From an uncultured Clostridia bacterium (GTDB lineage Bacteria; Bacillota; Clostridia; Oscillospirales; CAG-272), in assembly GCA_947586625.1 (NCBI GenBank), contig CANPXS010000002.1, positions 1 through 59,467 on the forward strand: a stretch of 59,467 nt of DNA. Direction: 5' to 3'. Below the pieces are notes generated by a model. That model was not told the DNA's origin, did not search any database, and saw nothing but the letters and a program-made list of their open reading frames with translations. Positions 57,791 to 59,467 of this stretch are shown here, one piece after another. The translations under genes and the position numbers were made by a program. Each line of letters begins with the position of its first letter. Position 1 is the first letter of the stretch.

Positions 57791-59467
57791 TTATTTGTCG
57801 CGGAGCACAACGCCCATCGTTTCGGACAGCGCGCGCAGCATCTTCTGCGCGATCTTGTCCGCCTCCTCGTCGGTGAGCGTTCTGTCCTCGGCGCGCAGCG
57901 TCACCCTGATCGACACGCTCTTCTTGCCCGCGCCGACCTGTATGCCGCGGTATACGTCGAACACGACAGCGGACTCGACGAGCTTGCCGCCTGTCTTTAT
58001 GCATACGTCCTCGATGCTGCCCGCCTCGAGCGATTCGTCGCATACGAAAGAGAAGTCGCGCGCGATAGAGGGATAGCGCGGCAGATGACGGAATTCGAGA
58101 TGCGTGTCGCGCAGCTCGAATACGCGGTCGATGTCGATCTCGGCGGCAAGGACCTCGCCCGAAAGTCCGTATGCGGCGGTCGTGTCCGGGTGTATCTGAC
58201 CGAGCACGGCAAGCGTCTCGCCGTCGCGGACGACGGCGGCGCATCTGCCGGGATGATAGGACGGATCGTTCGTGACAGTCGCGAATTTGTACCCCGTCAC
58301 GCGCGCCATCGAGAGCACGCGCTCGACGATGCCCTTGAGCGTGTAGAAATCGCAGAAATCGTACATTCCGAGCGCAAGCACATGGCGCTCGTCGGGCAGT
58401 GTGTCGGGAGACGTGGGGATATAGACGGTGGCGAGCTCGTACATCGCCGCTTGCGGATTTTTGTGGTTCTTATTGTGCGCGAGCACGTCGAGCATCGACG
58501 GCAGCGACGTCGTTCTCATGACGCTCGTGTCCTCGCCGAGAGGATTAGATATAACGACCGAATTTCGCTTTTTGTCGTCCGTCGCGAGTCTTATCGCGTC
58601 GTAGGCGCGCGGGCTGATGAAGGAGAACGTCTCCGCCTCCCACAGTCCCATGCCGCAAAGGAGCGACTTCACGTTCTCGTCGAACTGCTGGCGCTCCGTC
58701 CTGCCGCCCTGCGCCATTCTTATGACGGGCAGCGTCGTCGGGACCTCGTTGTAGCCGTACATTCTTATGACCTCTTCGGCAAGGTCGCTCATGCACTCGA
58801 CGTCGGCGCGCCACGACGGCACGACGACATAGTCGCCGTCTACCTTGAATGACAGCTTTTCGAGCGCAGACACCATGTATTCGCGCGAGATGTCGACGCC
58901 GAGGAACGCGCTTATGCGTTCGGGCTCGAATTTGACTCTGCGCTCCGCGCGCGGCGACGGATATTCGTCTATGACGCCGTCGACGACCTCGCCCGCGCCG
59001 AGAAGCTGCACGAGCTCGCATGCGCGCATAAGGGCGGGCATCGCGTTTTCGGGGTCCATGCCCTTTTCGAATCTGCCCGAGCTTTCGGTGCGTATGTTCA
59101 TCGCCTTCGCCGTTCTGCGGACGGAGACGCCGTTGAAGTTCGCGGACTCGAATATGACGGTCGCGGTCGAGTCCGTTATCTCGCTGTTCGCGCCGCCCAT
59201 GACGCCCGCGAGGGCGACGGGCTTGTTGTCGTCGGCGATGACGAGCATGGAGGATGTGAGCGGCGTGTCCTCGGACTCGATGTCGAGCGATTTGTAGAGC
59301 TCGCCGTCGTGGGCGCGGCGCACGTGGATGTGAGCGCCGTCGAGGCACTTATAGTCGAACGCGTGCATCGGCTGACCGTACTCGAGCATGACGTAGTTCG
59401 TGATGTCGACGATGTTGTTTATCGGGCGGACGCCCTCGGCGCGCAGTCTCGCCCTCATCCAGAGCGG
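57791..59467 (-). CDS. pheT: Phenylalanine--tRNA ligase beta subunit, C-terminal ~558 codons (5' end beyond window)
   Basis: ...GVRPINNIVDITNYVMLEYGQPMHAFD (B3/4 domain) through the C-terminal FDX-ACB-like ...FDVYRGIQVGAGKKSVSIRVTLR.... The frame is open to the window edge. Confidence 0.93.
   Translation of the reverse strand, partial: PLWMRARLRAEGVRPINNIVDITNYVMLEYGQPMHAFDYKCLDGAHIHVRRAHDGELYKSLDIESEDTPLTSSMLVIADDNKPVALAGVMGGANSEITDSTATVIFESANFNGVSVRRTAKAMNIRTESSGRFEKGMDPENAMPALMRACELVQLLGAGEVVDGVIDEYPSPRAERRVKFEPERISAFLGVDISREYMVSALEKLSFKVDGDYVVVPSWRADVECMSDLAEEVIRMYGYNEVPTTLPVIRMAQGGRTERQQFDENVKSLLCGMGLWEAETFSFISPRAYDAIRLATDDKKRNSVVISNPLGEDTSVMRTTSLPSMLDVLAHNKNHKNPQAAMYELATVYIPTSPDTLPDERHVLALGMYDFCDFYTLKGIVERVLSMARVTGYKFATVTNDPSYHPGRCAAVVRDGETLAVLGQIHPDTTAAYGLSGEVLAAEIDIDRVFELRDTHLEFRHLPRYPSIARDFSFVCDESLEAGSIEDVCIKTGGKLVESAVVFDVYRGIQVGAGKKSVSIRVTLRAEDRTLTDEEADKIAQKMLRALSETMGVVLRDK

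Noticed and set aside
57689-58852. 387-aa plus-strand ORF
   Set aside because: It is antisense to pheT.

Overview
GC-rich Firmicutes/Clostridia-type chromosomal segment (organism inferred from protein similarities only). It is densely coding, mostly on the minus strand, with about 57 supportable protein genes and no rRNA, tRNA or CRISPR array seen. Content in order: a truncated transposase remnant; a lysine-riboswitch-controlled dapA-dapB-dapF-dapL-lysA operon; a DarA / DUF1854 / ABC-exporter group; a P-type ATPase; a GH10 xylanase; small housekeeping genes; and pruA. Then comes a five-gene Rnf-like operon with eroded cofactor motifs and an acidic repeat protein in the RnfG position. After that: queA, a CPBP protease, a second dapA paralogue, two paralogous lipoproteins and groES-groEL with a CIRCE operator. 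Next is an ABC-F ATPase behind a structured leader with a 3-codon uORF, then an orphan phage-derived fibre-holin-endolysin module with its own consensus promoter. Ferritin and an ECF-like sigma factor with a long C-terminal extension follow. Next is a response regulator / ABC ATPase / three ABC-2 permeases / histidine kinase module, then family-4 UDG. A low-GC islet carries an acyltransferase split at a G8 tract. The remainder holds GH43, DUF1836, MarR, a Com/type-IV-pilus-like operon, VanZ, a BspA-like LRR lipoprotein, two XRE regulators and the 3' part of pheT. The most unusual points are the degenerate Rnf-like operon, the orphan phage lysis/fibre module, and a roughly 46-nt promoter block shared by three unrelated units. 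Also notable are three long hairpin-dense non-coding regions (27.3-28.2 kb, 53.6-54.5 kb, 57.4-57.8 kb) that share a short palindromic MITE-like repeat family. All calls rest on reading the sequence and ORF translations by eye; no database search or folding was run.
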